Below, piece by piece: positions 9,652-18,988 of a DNA stretch of 50,127 nucleotides. A program made the position numbers and the translations under genes. The notes beneath the pieces were generated by a model. The model was given only the letters and a program-made list of their open reading frames with translations. It was not told where the DNA came from and made no database searches. Position 1 is the stretch's first letter; each line of letters begins with the position of its first letter. Origin of the DNA: Pseudomonadota bacterium (lineage in GTDB: Bacteria > Pseudomonadota > Gammaproteobacteria > Pseudomonadales > JAHEIH01); NCBI GenBank assembly GCA_041163785.1, contig JBEAQQ010000121.1, positions 1-50,127 of the forward strand. The letters run 5' to 3'.

Positions 9652-9870
9652 GTGAAGGTTATTGATCTCACAGGTTTGGCCTGTCCACTACCTTTACTCA
9701 AAGCTAAGGTGGCGCTGCGTGATTTAGCGTCGGGGGAGCAACTCAAAGTCTTAGTGACTGACGCGGCGTCGGTGCGTGATTTTGCCGTATACGCCGAGTT
9801 AAGTGGAAACCCCTTGGTATCGTCGACCTGCGAGGGCGACTGTTTTATTCACATTTTGCAAAAGGCCTAA
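9652..9870 (+). CDS. TusA-family sulfurtransferase
   Basis: It has the active-site motif GLACPLPLLKAK and is about 72 aa long. I prefer the GTG at 9652 (GGGAG RBS 5 nt upstream) over the GTG at 9640. Confidence 0.75.
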   Translation: MKVIDLTGLACPLPLLKAKVALRDLASGEQLKVLVTDAASVRDFAVYAELSGNPLVSSTCEGDCFIHILQKA

Positions 9871-9882
9871 ACGGAGTTTTGG

Positions 9883-10953
9883 ATGCTTAAGATTTTTCAG
9901 CGCTGGATAGAGCGCTATTTCAGTAACGAAGAGGCCGTTATTTTAACCTTGTTGTTATTGGCTTCGGCAGTGATTATTTTCTCGATGGGGAAAATTTTGG
10001 CGCCGGTATTTACCAGTATTGTGTTGGCGTTTCTCATGCAGGGCACCACGGCGAGCATGACCCGCTACAAGGTGCCTGAGTCATTGGCGGTCATGCTGAC
10101 GTACGCCTTGTTTATAGGAGTCTTTTTCTGGATAGTCCTGTTCTTGGTGCCCTTGGTGTTCAACCAGAGTAAATTACTGCTGACCGAGGCGCCAAGTATG
10201 CTGCGCAATATGCAGCACTGGTTGCACGAGATGGTGGGTCGCTACCCAGACTTGATCGACGAAGCGCAGATTAAACAGTGGATGAGCACGTTGAATAGCC
10301 AGATTGGCAGCTTGGGTCAGACGTTGTTGTCGCAATCTTTTGCTACCTTAACCACGCTATTTAGTTTGGTGATTTACCTGGTGTTGGTGCCGCTGCTGGT
10401 GTTTTTCTTCCTCAAGGATAAGGCAGTGCTTTTCGGCTGGATTAGTCGATTTTTGCCCAGTAATCGCCCGTTTATGAACGCTGTGTGGGTTGAAATGAAC
10501 GACCAGGCGGCGAATTACGTCCGCGGCAAAGTGATCGAAATTATCATTGTCGGTAGTGCCTCCTACGTAGCCTTTGTGGTGTTGGGTTTGAACTACGCTG
10601 CCCTGTTGGGCATTTTGGTCGGTCTATCGGTGTTAATACCCTACATCGGTGCGGCCATGGTCACCATTCCTGTACTTGCGGTGGGTTTCTACCAGTGGGG
10701 TATGGGCGTAGAATTTTATTGGTTATTCGGTGTCTACATGGTGATTCAGGCCCTCGACGGCAACGTGCTAGTGCCGTTGTTGTTCTCAGAGGCGGTGAAT
10801 CTTCATCCGGTGGCTATTATATTGGCGGTATTGGTGTTTGGTGGTTTGTGGGGTTTTTGGGGCGTTTTCTTTGCCATCCCGTTGGCCACTTTGATCAAGG
10901 CATTGCTGTACGCCTGGCCGCGAGCTCGCCACCCTAGTGAGGAAACTAACTAA
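9883..10953 (+). CDS. AI-2E family transporter (PerM/YhhT-like permease)
   Basis: It is a polytopic membrane protein of about 356 aa with family-typical segments (GKVIEIIIVG, LIPYIGA, GLWGFWGVFFAIPLA). Confidence 0.8.
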   Translation: MLKIFQRWIERYFSNEEAVILTLLLLASAVIIFSMGKILAPVFTSIVLAFLMQGTTASMTRYKVPESLAVMLTYALFIGVFFWIVLFLVPLVFNQSKLLLTEAPSMLRNMQHWLHEMVGRYPDLIDEAQIKQWMSTLNSQIGSLGQTLLSQSFATLTTLFSLVIYLVLVPLLVFFFLKDKAVLFGWISRFLPSNRPFMNAVWVEMNDQAANYVRGKVIEIIIVGSASYVAFVVLGLNYAALLGILVGLSVLIPYIGAAMVTIPVLAVGFYQWGMGVEFYWLFGVYMVIQALDGNVLVPLLFSEAVNLHPVAIILAVLVFGGLWGFWGVFFAIPLATLIKALLYAWPRARHPSEETN

Positions 10954-10962
10954 GGAGTTGTT

Positions 10963-13830
10963 ATGCGCGTTGTCGCCGGAATTGTTTTTGCTTTGTGTCT
11001 GACGGCGTGTGGCAACGCGCCCACCCAGGAACAAGCATCACTCCAGCAGGAGACGACAGACGCCCTTCAGCCCATAGCAGGGGCTAGTGATCCGCGCGCC
11101 TTTCGCTACCTGACCTTACCGAACCAGTTGCCCGTCTTGTTGGTGTCGGACCCGGCGGCTGACAAGGCGGCGGCCGCGCTTGATGTTGCGGTCGGCTCAG
11201 GGAGTGACCCTATTGATAGGCTAGGTTTGGCCCACTATCTAGAGCACATGCTTTTCTTGGGGACGGATAAATATCCCAACCCGGACGACTACCAGCAGTT
11301 CATCGCGAATCACGGTGGCAGTCAAAATGCCTATACATCCTTCGATCACACCAATTATTTCTTTGATATCGCCGCCGATCAGCTTGAAGGTGGGCTGGAT
11401 CGCTTCGCGCAATTTTTTATCGCGCCGCGCTTCGATCCCCAGTACGTGGCGCGCGAGATCAATGCCGTGCATTCGGAGTACAGTTCCAAAATGCTCGATG
11501 ACTTCCGGCGTGGTTACGATGTCTTTAAGCAGCAGCTAAACCCCCGCCATCCCATGGCAAAATTCAGCGTCGGAAGCCTTGAAAGTCTGGCGGCCGATGG
11601 CGATTACGAAGCGTTGCGTAACCAGTTAATGGCGTTTTATCAGCAGCACTATTCGGCCAATAAGATGCGCTTAGTGGTGTACGGTGCAGAGTCACTCGAC
11701 ACCCTGCAGGGCTGGGTAGAAGAGAAGTTTTCTGCCATTCCTAATTACCAGCGTGGCGATATCGTCATTCGCGAGCCGCTTTTCACTGCCGGGGCTTTGC
11801 CGGTGCGCGTGGGGGTGGTGCCGCATCGCGCCCTGCGGCGTCTCAATTTGTCTTTCCCGGTGCCTGATACCCAGTCGGAATACACCAGTAAGCCCTTCTC
11901 CTATATTGGCGAGGTGCTGGGGCACGAGGGAGAGGGTTCGCTGTTGTCACACCTGAAACAGCAGGGTTGGGTTGACGCCTTATCCGCGGGGCAAAGTGTG
12001 CAGTATCGCGGTGGTGGTATGTTTGCCATCAATATGGATCTAACGCCTGCGGGTGAGACGAATATTGACCAGATTGTAGCGGCGGTATTTTCGGCGGTTA
12101 ATATGCTGGTCGAGGGTGGCGTAAAGTCCGCGCTGTTTTTAGAGCAGGCGACGATCTCTGAGCAGGCGTTTGCGAATCGCGAGCCCCAATCTCCCATGGG
12201 CGAAGTGAGTCAGTGGGCGTCGGATATGCATGATTTTGCGCCGCGCGATATCTTGCGGGGTCACTATTTATTAACCACCTTTGACGCCGAGAGAATCAGA
12301 GAGCTATTAACCTACATTCGCCCGGATAATATGCTCCTTACCCATACTTCGCCCAGTATCGAGGCCGCTCAGCAATCCCCGTATTTTGCCGCGCCGTATC
12401 GTGTGGATCCGGTGTCAGCCGACGTCTTGGCGACGTGGCGCCAGCCGCCAGTGATTGCGGCCATTAAGCCGCCGCAGGCCAATCCCTTTATTGGTGAACA
12501 CCGCCTTGTCGAGGTTTTGCCGGCCTATACCAGCAAGCCCGAGTTGTTTATTGAAGAGCCCGGCATGCAACTTTGGTTTGTGCAGGACGATGTGTTTAGG
12601 GTGCCCAAGGGGCAAATGATCATACGCCTGACCAGACCTGCGATGGCTCAGTTGCCCGCCCGCGACGTGGTGTTAATGGATTTGATGGCGAGATTGGTAT
12701 CCGATCGCCTCAATGAGTTTGCCTACCCCGCACAAATAGCCGGGGTGAGTTTTCATGTTTTGGGCGGAACAAAGGGTTTGGATATTCGTTTGGGTGGATT
12801 TAGTTCGGGCCACAGCGTTTTGTTGAGAGAGGTCCTCGTTAGTGTACAGCGCGCGGATGTCGATGAGAGGCGTTTTGATCGCTTAGTACAAGATTTTCGC
12901 GAAGAGTTGCAACGCGCGTTGGTTGATAAGCCCTTTAGGCAAATTATGCGGCGCGCTAGCCAATTGTTGTTGTCGCCTAGCCAAGACCTCGCTGAAAACT
13001 TGGCGGCCTTACAACATTTGAAGGCAGACGATCTATCCCGCTTTATGCGAGAGATTAACGATGCATGGCAGATTGAAGCGATGTTGGCGGGTAATTACAG
13101 TCCACAGCAGGCGGGTGATGTGGCGGACCAACTGCGCGCATTGTTGCCAGCTAAGCGCGAGATGTTTCAGCCGCCGAAGGTTTCTGTCATGGCGCTTGAC
13201 TGTGCCACGCCTTGTATAGAGCAGTGGGCGGTTGACGATAATGACTCCGCGGTGTTGGTGTATCTGCAAGGGCGCGACAGTAGCGACCTGGCAAGCGTCG
13301 ATATGGCGATATTGGCCAATATGATGCAGTCGCCTTTTTTTCAAAGTCTGCGCACGGATCAGCAGCTAGGTTACATTGTGGGGGCCTATCCTTACGCGAT
13401 GCACGGCTATCCCGGCCTGGCGTTACTCGTGCAGTCGCCGAGTGCTAGCGTCGACACCATGCTGGCGGCAATTAATGCGTTCAACCAAGCGTTTTTGGCA
13501 GGCGAAAAGGACGCCGTGTGTCAGAACTTTGCCCTGTCGGCAGCGGCGGTGGTGACACAGTTGACGGAAAAACCAAAGAACTTTGCCGAGCAGGTTGGCG
13601 AGTATTGGCAGGATCTTCAGTACGGCGAGCTTGGCTTTAACAGTAAGCAGCGCTTGGCCGCGCTGGCGAGTCAACGCGAGTGCGGCGCTTGGCTGGGCGA
13701 GAGTGAGCGCGTGTTGTCTGAGTCATATTCTCGACGCATGGTATTGGCGGCGGCGGGCGAAAACTCCCCTAAAATAGACAAAAAACTGCCAAATATCGCT
13801 TGGACGTCCACCTCAATGGGTAGAAATTAA
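10963..13830 (+). CDS. M16 (pitrilysin/insulinase) family zinc protease, lipoprotein
   Basis: It has a lipobox (LCLTACG), the inverted zinc motif HYLEHMLF (HXXEH), and a 955-aa size typical of PtrA-like enzymes. Confidence 0.85.
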   Translation: MRVVAGIVFALCLTACGNAPTQEQASLQQETTDALQPIAGASDPRAFRYLTLPNQLPVLLVSDPAADKAAAALDVAVGSGSDPIDRLGLAHYLEHMLFLGTDKYPNPDDYQQFIANHGGSQNAYTSFDHTNYFFDIAADQLEGGLDRFAQFFIAPRFDPQYVAREINAVHSEYSSKMLDDFRRGYDVFKQQLNPRHPMAKFSVGSLESLAADGDYEALRNQLMAFYQQHYSANKMRLVVYGAESLDTLQGWVEEKFSAIPNYQRGDIVIREPLFTAGALPVRVGVVPHRALRRLNLSFPVPDTQSEYTSKPFSYIGEVLGHEGEGSLLSHLKQQGWVDALSAGQSVQYRGGGMFAINMDLTPAGETNIDQIVAAVFSAVNMLVEGGVKSALFLEQATISEQAFANREPQSPMGEVSQWASDMHDFAPRDILRGHYLLTTFDAERIRELLTYIRPDNMLLTHTSPSIEAAQQSPYFAAPYRVDPVSADVLATWRQPPVIAAIKPPQANPFIGEHRLVEVLPAYTSKPELFIEEPGMQLWFVQDDVFRVPKGQMIIRLTRPAMAQLPARDVVLMDLMARLVSDRLNEFAYPAQIAGVSFHVLGGTKGLDIRLGGFSSGHSVLLREVLVSVQRADVDERRFDRLVQDFREELQRALVDKPFRQIMRRASQLLLSPSQDLAENLAALQHLKADDLSRFMREINDAWQIEAMLAGNYSPQQAGDVADQLRALLPAKREMFQPPKVSVMALDCATPCIEQWAVDDNDSAVLVYLQGRDSSDLASVDMAILANMMQSPFFQSLRTDQQLGYIVGAYPYAMHGYPGLALLVQSPSASVDTMLAAINAFNQAFLAGEKDAVCQNFALSAAAVVTQLTEKPKNFAEQVGEYWQDLQYGELGFNSKQRLAALASQRECGAWLGESERVLSESYSRRMVLAAAGENSPKIDKKLPNIAWTSTSMGRN

Positions 13831-14154
13831 CAGCATAGCGTACGATTTCTTGTAATTTTTTTACAAAACTCTATGTTGCTGTTTTATATCATTTATTTTT
13901 ACTTTTTTGGGGTGTTATGGGGCTTGGTTAGTTTCGCTCGCTACTTCTTTTACAAGGCCACAAAAACCATATAAAACATATACTTAGGGTGGAGGTGATT
14001 TACTTTGGTGTCATCCGGGTGTAATATTTTTACCCCTTTGGAATGTTAGGTTTATGACTTGGCATTCTTAACGCCTTGGGACGTGTGCTCTATCCGGCAT
14101 GAAAGCCCCGGGAAATAACAACATTGGTGCATCATCAGTGCATGAGGTCAAAGT

Positions 14155-16818
14155 ATGAGCGAGATAGATAGAGATCCTATCGAAACTCAAGAGTGGTTAG
14201 ATTCGCTTGAGTCCGTGATTAAATATAGTGGTCAAGAACGTGCAGCACATCTGCTGGATGTTTTGACGGAGTCCGCCGCCGACAAGGGTGTAAATGTCCC
14301 GGCAGCCATCACTACCCCTTACAAAAACACCATCGCTCCCGCTGATGAAAAACCCATGCCCGGTGACCTGTTTATGGAGCGTCGCATTCGTTCCATTATT
14401 CGTTGGAATGCCATGGCCATGGTGATGCGCGCCAACATGAATAACGAAGGCCTCGGCGGCCACATTTCAAGTTTCGCGTCCAGCGCGACCTTGTACGACG
14501 TCGGATTCAACTACTTTTTCCGCGGCAATAACCAAGCTAACGGCCAGTTGGGTGATTTGATTTACTATCAAGGCCACGTGGCTCCGGGTATGTATGCGCG
14601 CTCTTTCTTAGAGGGTCGTATCAGCGAAGAGCAGCTGGACAATTTCCGTCGTGAGTCGACTGGCAAGGGTGTGTCATCTTATCCTCACCCTTGGTTGATG
14701 CCAGATTATTGGCAGTTCCCGACGGTATCGATGGGCCTTGGCCCGATTCAAGCCATTTACCAAGCCCACGTCATGAAGTACCAAAACAGCCGTGGCCTAG
14801 TTGAGCAAGGTGACCGTAAGGTATGGGCCTTCTTGGGCGACGGTGAGTGTGATGAGCCAGAATCACTCGGCGCCATTTCGCTGGCGGGTCGCGAAGAGCT
14901 CGACAATCTGATCTTTGTTATCAACTGTAACCTACAGCGCCTCGACGGCCCGGTGCGCGGCAACGGAAAAATCGTCCAAGAGTTGGAAGGTGTGTTCCGC
15001 GGCGCTGGCTGGAATGTGATCAAAGTTATTTGGGGTCGCCATTGGGATCCGCTATTGCAGAAAGATAAAACGGGCCTGTTACAAAAACGCATGGACGAAG
15101 TGTGTGACGGCGAGCTGCAAAACTTTAAGGCCAACGGTGGCGCCTATACTCGCAAGCACTTCTTCGGCAAGTACCCCGAGTTGCTCGAGTTGGTGAAAGA
15201 TCTTAGCGATGACGACATCATGCACCTCAATCGCGGTGGCCACGATCCTTATAAGGTCTATGCGGCCTATGCTGAGGCAGTGGCGACCACAGGCAAGCCC
15301 ACGGTTATTTTGGCGGCCACGGTTAAGGGTTACGCCACCGGTGCGGCGGGTGAAGCACAAAACGAAACACACTCATTGAAAAAGCTCGATTTAGAGAGTC
15401 TACGTCGCTTCCGTGACCGCTTTGGTCTGCCTATCAGCGATGACGACTTGCCGTCGGTGCCTTTCTATAAGCCCGCCGATGACAGCCCGGAAATGCAGTA
15501 TATGCACAACCGTCGCCAGTCACTGGGTGGTTATTTGCCAGAGCGTATTGCGGAATTCGAACCGATGACTATTCCCGCGCTTGATACGCTGGGCAGTCAG
15601 TTGAAGGGTACGGGCGATCGCGAAATCTCGACCACCATGTCGTTTGTTCGCTCGCTGTCTACCTTGACCAAGGATAAAACCATTGGTAAGTGCATCGTCC
15701 CAATTGTGCCCGATGAGGCGCGTACCTTTGGTATGGAGGGTCTGTTCCGTCAGTTGGGTATTTACTCCTCGCAGGGGCAAAAATATACCCCGCACGATCG
15801 CGATCAGATCATGTATTACAAAGAGGAAAAGGACGGCCAGATTCTCGAGGAAGGTATCAACGAGTCAGGTGCGTTTTCCGCGTGGCTAGCGTGCGCAACA
15901 TCGTACAGCAATCACAGGCGCCCGATGATTCCTTTCTATATATTCTATTCAATGTTCGGCTTCCAGCGCGTGATGGACTTGACCTGGGCGGCGGGTGATT
16001 CGCAGGCACGTGGTTTCTTGATCGGTGCCACCGCGGGCCGTACGACACTAAACGGCGAGGGTCTGCAGCACCAAGACGGTCATAGCCACTTGATGGCTAA
16101 TATGATTCCGAACTGTGTTTCCTACGATCCTACCTACCATTACGAGCTGACAGTGATCATGCAAAACGGTATGGAGCGCATGTACAGTAAGCGCGAGAAT
16201 ATTTTCTACTACATTACCGTGATGAACGAGAACTACAGCCATCCCGATATGCCTGAGGGTGCGGAAGAGGGCATCATCAAGGGTATGTACTTGTTAAAAG
16301 ACGGCGGCAAAGGCAAAAAAGGCCAGCCACGTGTGCAGTTGATGGGCTCAGGTACCATTTTACGCGAGGTCGAGGCGGCTGCTGACATTCTGGCGGAATA
16401 CGGTGTCGTAGCCGATATCTGGAGCGCGACAAGTATCAATGAATTGACTCGTGAGGCGCAGGATTGCGAGCGTTGGAATATGTACCACGTCGGTGAGACA
16501 CCTCGTGTGCCCTACGTTACACAGTTGCTAGAGGGTCGTGAAGGCCCAGTGATTAGCGCGACAGATTACATGAAAGCCTACAGCGAACAGTTGCGTCCTT
16601 TCATTAATCAGCGTTTTGTGACCCTGGGTACCGATGGCTATGGTCGCAGTGACACTCGCTCGGCTCTGCGTCACCACTTCGAAGTCGACAGTAAATACGT
16701 GGCGTTTGCCGCGCTGCGCAGCTTGCTGGACGAAGGCAAAATTGCCGCGGATGTCGTGAAGAAGGCAATGGTTGCCCTCGATATCGACCCCAACAAACCC
16801 AACCCACAATATAGCTAA
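14155..16818 (+). CDS. aceE: Pyruvate dehydrogenase E1 component
   Basis: It is 887 aa of the homodimeric E1 type, with family segments (GGHISSFASSATLY, GDGECDEPE, NCNLQRLDGPVRGN). It is followed by aceF. Confidence 0.95.
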   Translation: MSEIDRDPIETQEWLDSLESVIKYSGQERAAHLLDVLTESAADKGVNVPAAITTPYKNTIAPADEKPMPGDLFMERRIRSIIRWNAMAMVMRANMNNEGLGGHISSFASSATLYDVGFNYFFRGNNQANGQLGDLIYYQGHVAPGMYARSFLEGRISEEQLDNFRRESTGKGVSSYPHPWLMPDYWQFPTVSMGLGPIQAIYQAHVMKYQNSRGLVEQGDRKVWAFLGDGECDEPESLGAISLAGREELDNLIFVINCNLQRLDGPVRGNGKIVQELEGVFRGAGWNVIKVIWGRHWDPLLQKDKTGLLQKRMDEVCDGELQNFKANGGAYTRKHFFGKYPELLELVKDLSDDDIMHLNRGGHDPYKVYAAYAEAVATTGKPTVILAATVKGYATGAAGEAQNETHSLKKLDLESLRRFRDRFGLPISDDDLPSVPFYKPADDSPEMQYMHNRRQSLGGYLPERIAEFEPMTIPALDTLGSQLKGTGDREISTTMSFVRSLSTLTKDKTIGKCIVPIVPDEARTFGMEGLFRQLGIYSSQGQKYTPHDRDQIMYYKEEKDGQILEEGINESGAFSAWLACATSYSNHRRPMIPFYIFYSMFGFQRVMDLTWAAGDSQARGFLIGATAGRTTLNGEGLQHQDGHSHLMANMIPNCVSYDPTYHYELTVIMQNGMERMYSKRENIFYYITVMNENYSHPDMPEGAEEGIIKGMYLLKDGGKGKKGQPRVQLMGSGTILREVEAAADILAEYGVVADIWSATSINELTREAQDCERWNMYHVGETPRVPYVTQLLEGREGPVISATDYMKAYSEQLRPFINQRFVTLGTDGYGRSDTRSALRHHFEVDSKYVAFAALRSLLDEGKIAADVVKKAMVALDIDPNKPNPQYS

Positions 16819-16830
16819 GGAGACGACATC

Positions 16831-18456
16831 GTGAGTATTGAAACCGTAGTAGTCCCCGATATTGGTGCCGACGAAGTCGAAGTCATTGAGGTGTGTGTTG
16901 CCGTCGGTGATACCATCGAAGCTGAGGACTCGCTGTTAGTGCTAGAGAGCGATAAAGCCTCTATGGAAGTGCCTTCGCCAGTAACTGGCAAGGTGGTGGC
17001 AATCACAATCAAGGTAGGTGATCAGGTGGCGCAGGGTACGGCCATCATGGAGGTCGAGGTTGAGGGCGCGGGCGCAGTAGATAGTGCTGCCCCTGCCGAG
17101 GCACCTGCTGCTACAGCTGAGGCGCCTGTCCAGGAAGAAGCGCCTGTGGTTGAAGAAGCGCAACCCGCCGCAAGCGCCGCACCTGCTGGTGTGCAGGTGG
17201 TTACTGTGCCCGATTTGGGTGGTGCCAGCGACGTTGAATGTATTGAAGTGTGCGTGTCGGTGGGCGATGAGGTCGAAGAAGAGCAAAGTTTGATCGTGCT
17301 GGAAACCGACAAGGCCTCGATGGAAGTGCCTTCACCGGTGGCTGGTAAGGTGGTGTCGGTGGCACTGAAAACCGGCAGCACCGTTAATGTCGGTGATGTC
17401 ATTTTGGAATTGGAAGTCGCCGGTGCGGCGGCTTCTGCCCCCGTTGCTAGCGCCGAGGCGCCTGCGCCCGCGGCAGCACCGGCAGTGGCGGCGCCAACGC
17501 AAAGCTTTGAGCCTAAGACTGAAACTCAGCCTCGCTCAGAAGTTGTCGAAAAGCACGGTGACGTCTACGCCGGCCCAGCCGTGCGTATGTTGGCTCGCGA
17601 GTTGGGTGTGGATCTGCATGCTGTGTCTGGTACGGGGCCCCGCGGCCGCGTTTCTAAGGACGATTTACACGGCTACATCAAGGCGCGCATGGCGCAACCC
17701 GCAGCATCGGGCGTGGGTGGTGCTATCCCGGCGGTGCCTGCGGTCGATTTCTCTAAATTTGGCCCCGTGCGCGAAGAGAAAATGAGCAAGTTGCATCGCT
17801 TGACCGCTGAGAACATGAGCCGCAACTGGCTAAATGTCCCCCATGTGACGCAATTTGACGATGCCGATATCACCGATTTGGAAGCCTTCCGTACTAGCAT
17901 GAAGGCTGAGGCAGAGAAACAGGGTGTGAAATTGACGCCGCTGCCCTTCTTGCTGAAGGCGTGTGCGGCGGCACTGCGTGCTAATCCTAAGTTCAATGCG
18001 TCACTCGCCGCCGATGGCGAAACCATTGTATATAAGGATTACGTGCATATTGGTATCGCAGTAGACACCCCGGCGGGTCTCGTCGTGCCAGTGATTCGCG
18101 ATGTGGATCAAAAGAGTATCTACCAGTTGGCGGCAGAAACCGCGGAATTGGGTCAGAAGGCCAAAGACCGCAAGCTGACTGCGGCAGAAATGCAGGGCGG
18201 CTGCTTTACCATTTCTAGCTTGGGTGGCATCGGTGGCACAGGCTTTACACCCATTGTAAATAGTCCGGAAGTGGCGATTTTGGGTGTATCTAAACTGGAT
18301 GTGAAACCCGTGTGGAATGGCAGTGAGTTTGTTCCGCGTAAAATGCTGCCCCTCTCGTTGTCGTATGATCACCGCGCCATTAATGGTGGTGATGCAGGTC
18401 GCTTCTTCACACAGTTGGGTGGCTTCCTCGCCGATATCCGTCGCCTAGTTCTCTAG
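16831..18456 (+). CDS. aceF: Dihydrolipoyllysine-residue acetyltransferase (PDH E2), two lipoyl domains
   Basis: The GTG start has an AAGGAGA RBS. There are two lipoyl motifs (ESDKASMEVPSP and ETDKASMEVPSP), Ala/Pro linkers, and the catalytic DHRAINGG. Confidence 0.95.
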   Translation: MSIETVVVPDIGADEVEVIEVCVAVGDTIEAEDSLLVLESDKASMEVPSPVTGKVVAITIKVGDQVAQGTAIMEVEVEGAGAVDSAAPAEAPAATAEAPVQEEAPVVEEAQPAASAAPAGVQVVTVPDLGGASDVECIEVCVSVGDEVEEEQSLIVLETDKASMEVPSPVAGKVVSVALKTGSTVNVGDVILELEVAGAAASAPVASAEAPAPAAAPAVAAPTQSFEPKTETQPRSEVVEKHGDVYAGPAVRMLARELGVDLHAVSGTGPRGRVSKDDLHGYIKARMAQPAASGVGGAIPAVPAVDFSKFGPVREEKMSKLHRLTAENMSRNWLNVPHVTQFDDADITDLEAFRTSMKAEAEKQGVKLTPLPFLLKACAAALRANPKFNASLAADGETIVYKDYVHIGIAVDTPAGLVVPVIRDVDQKSIYQLAAETAELGQKAKDRKLTAAEMQGGCFTISSLGGIGGTGFTPIVNSPEVAILGVSKLDVKPVWNGSEFVPRKMLPLSLSYDHRAINGGDAGRFFTQLGGFLADIRRLVL

Positions 18457-18469
18457 GCGAGCACTTGTT

Positions 18470-18524
18470 GAAGCCGGCTTTGCCGGCTTCAGGGCAAAAA
18501 AAACCCGCCGAAGGGCGGGTTTTT
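18470..18524. terminator. Tandem hairpins between aceF and cspA, the second being a bidirectional rho-independent terminator
   Basis: Hairpin 1 is GAAGCCGGC-ttt-GCCGGCTTC with no U-tract. Hairpin 2 is A8-CCCGCC-gaag-GGCGGG-T5, so its A/T runs on both sides can serve both convergent genes. Confidence 0.75.
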
Positions 18525-18540
18525 CAGAACAGGTTTCCGA

Positions 18541-18747
18541 TTAAACGGGAACAACGTTCTCAGCTTGTGGGCCTTTGTTGCCTTGAGTCACAGTGAACTG
18601 GACTTTTTGGCCTTCAGCCAAAGACTTGAAGCCTTCTGATTGAATTGCGCTGAAGTGAACAAACACGTCTGGGCCACCTTCTTGCTCGATGAAACCAAAA
18701 CCTTTTGAATCGTTAAACCATTTAACTTGGCCAGTGATAGTAGACAT
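18541..18747 (-). CDS. cspA: CspA-family cold-shock protein
   Basis: It is 68 aa with the RNP1 and RNP2 motifs (KGFGFI, VFVHFS). Confidence 0.92.
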   Translation of the reverse strand: MSTITGQVKWFNDSKGFGFIEQEGGPDVFVHFSAIQSEGFKSLAEGQKVQFTVTQGNKGPQAENVVPV

Positions 18748-18859
18748 ACATTACTCCTGTATTTCAAAAATTACGGTGTAGCGGGAAACACAGGTATTGC
18801 TAGGGAGGGGCCAGTTTAGCTTTGACTTCCGTGAAACAACTGTTTTTCTTGCTGATGGC

Positions 18860-18888
18860 ATTATGGGTGAGGCAATGTGAAAAAGCAA
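18860..18888 (-). promoter_or_regulatory. Candidate sigma-70 promoter of cspA, implying a 5' UTR of roughly 100 nt
   Basis: On the minus strand: -35 TTGCTT, a 17-nt spacer, then -10 CATAAT. A long leader is typical of cspA-family genes. Confidence 0.4.
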
Positions 18889-18988
18889 TGTGGCTGCAAA
18901 CTATTTTTAAGGGGGCGAATGGCGTGTTTTGCTGCTGATTCGCGACGGCAAAGCCCTTATAATGCAAAATTCGTCCAAAGAGGTGGTT

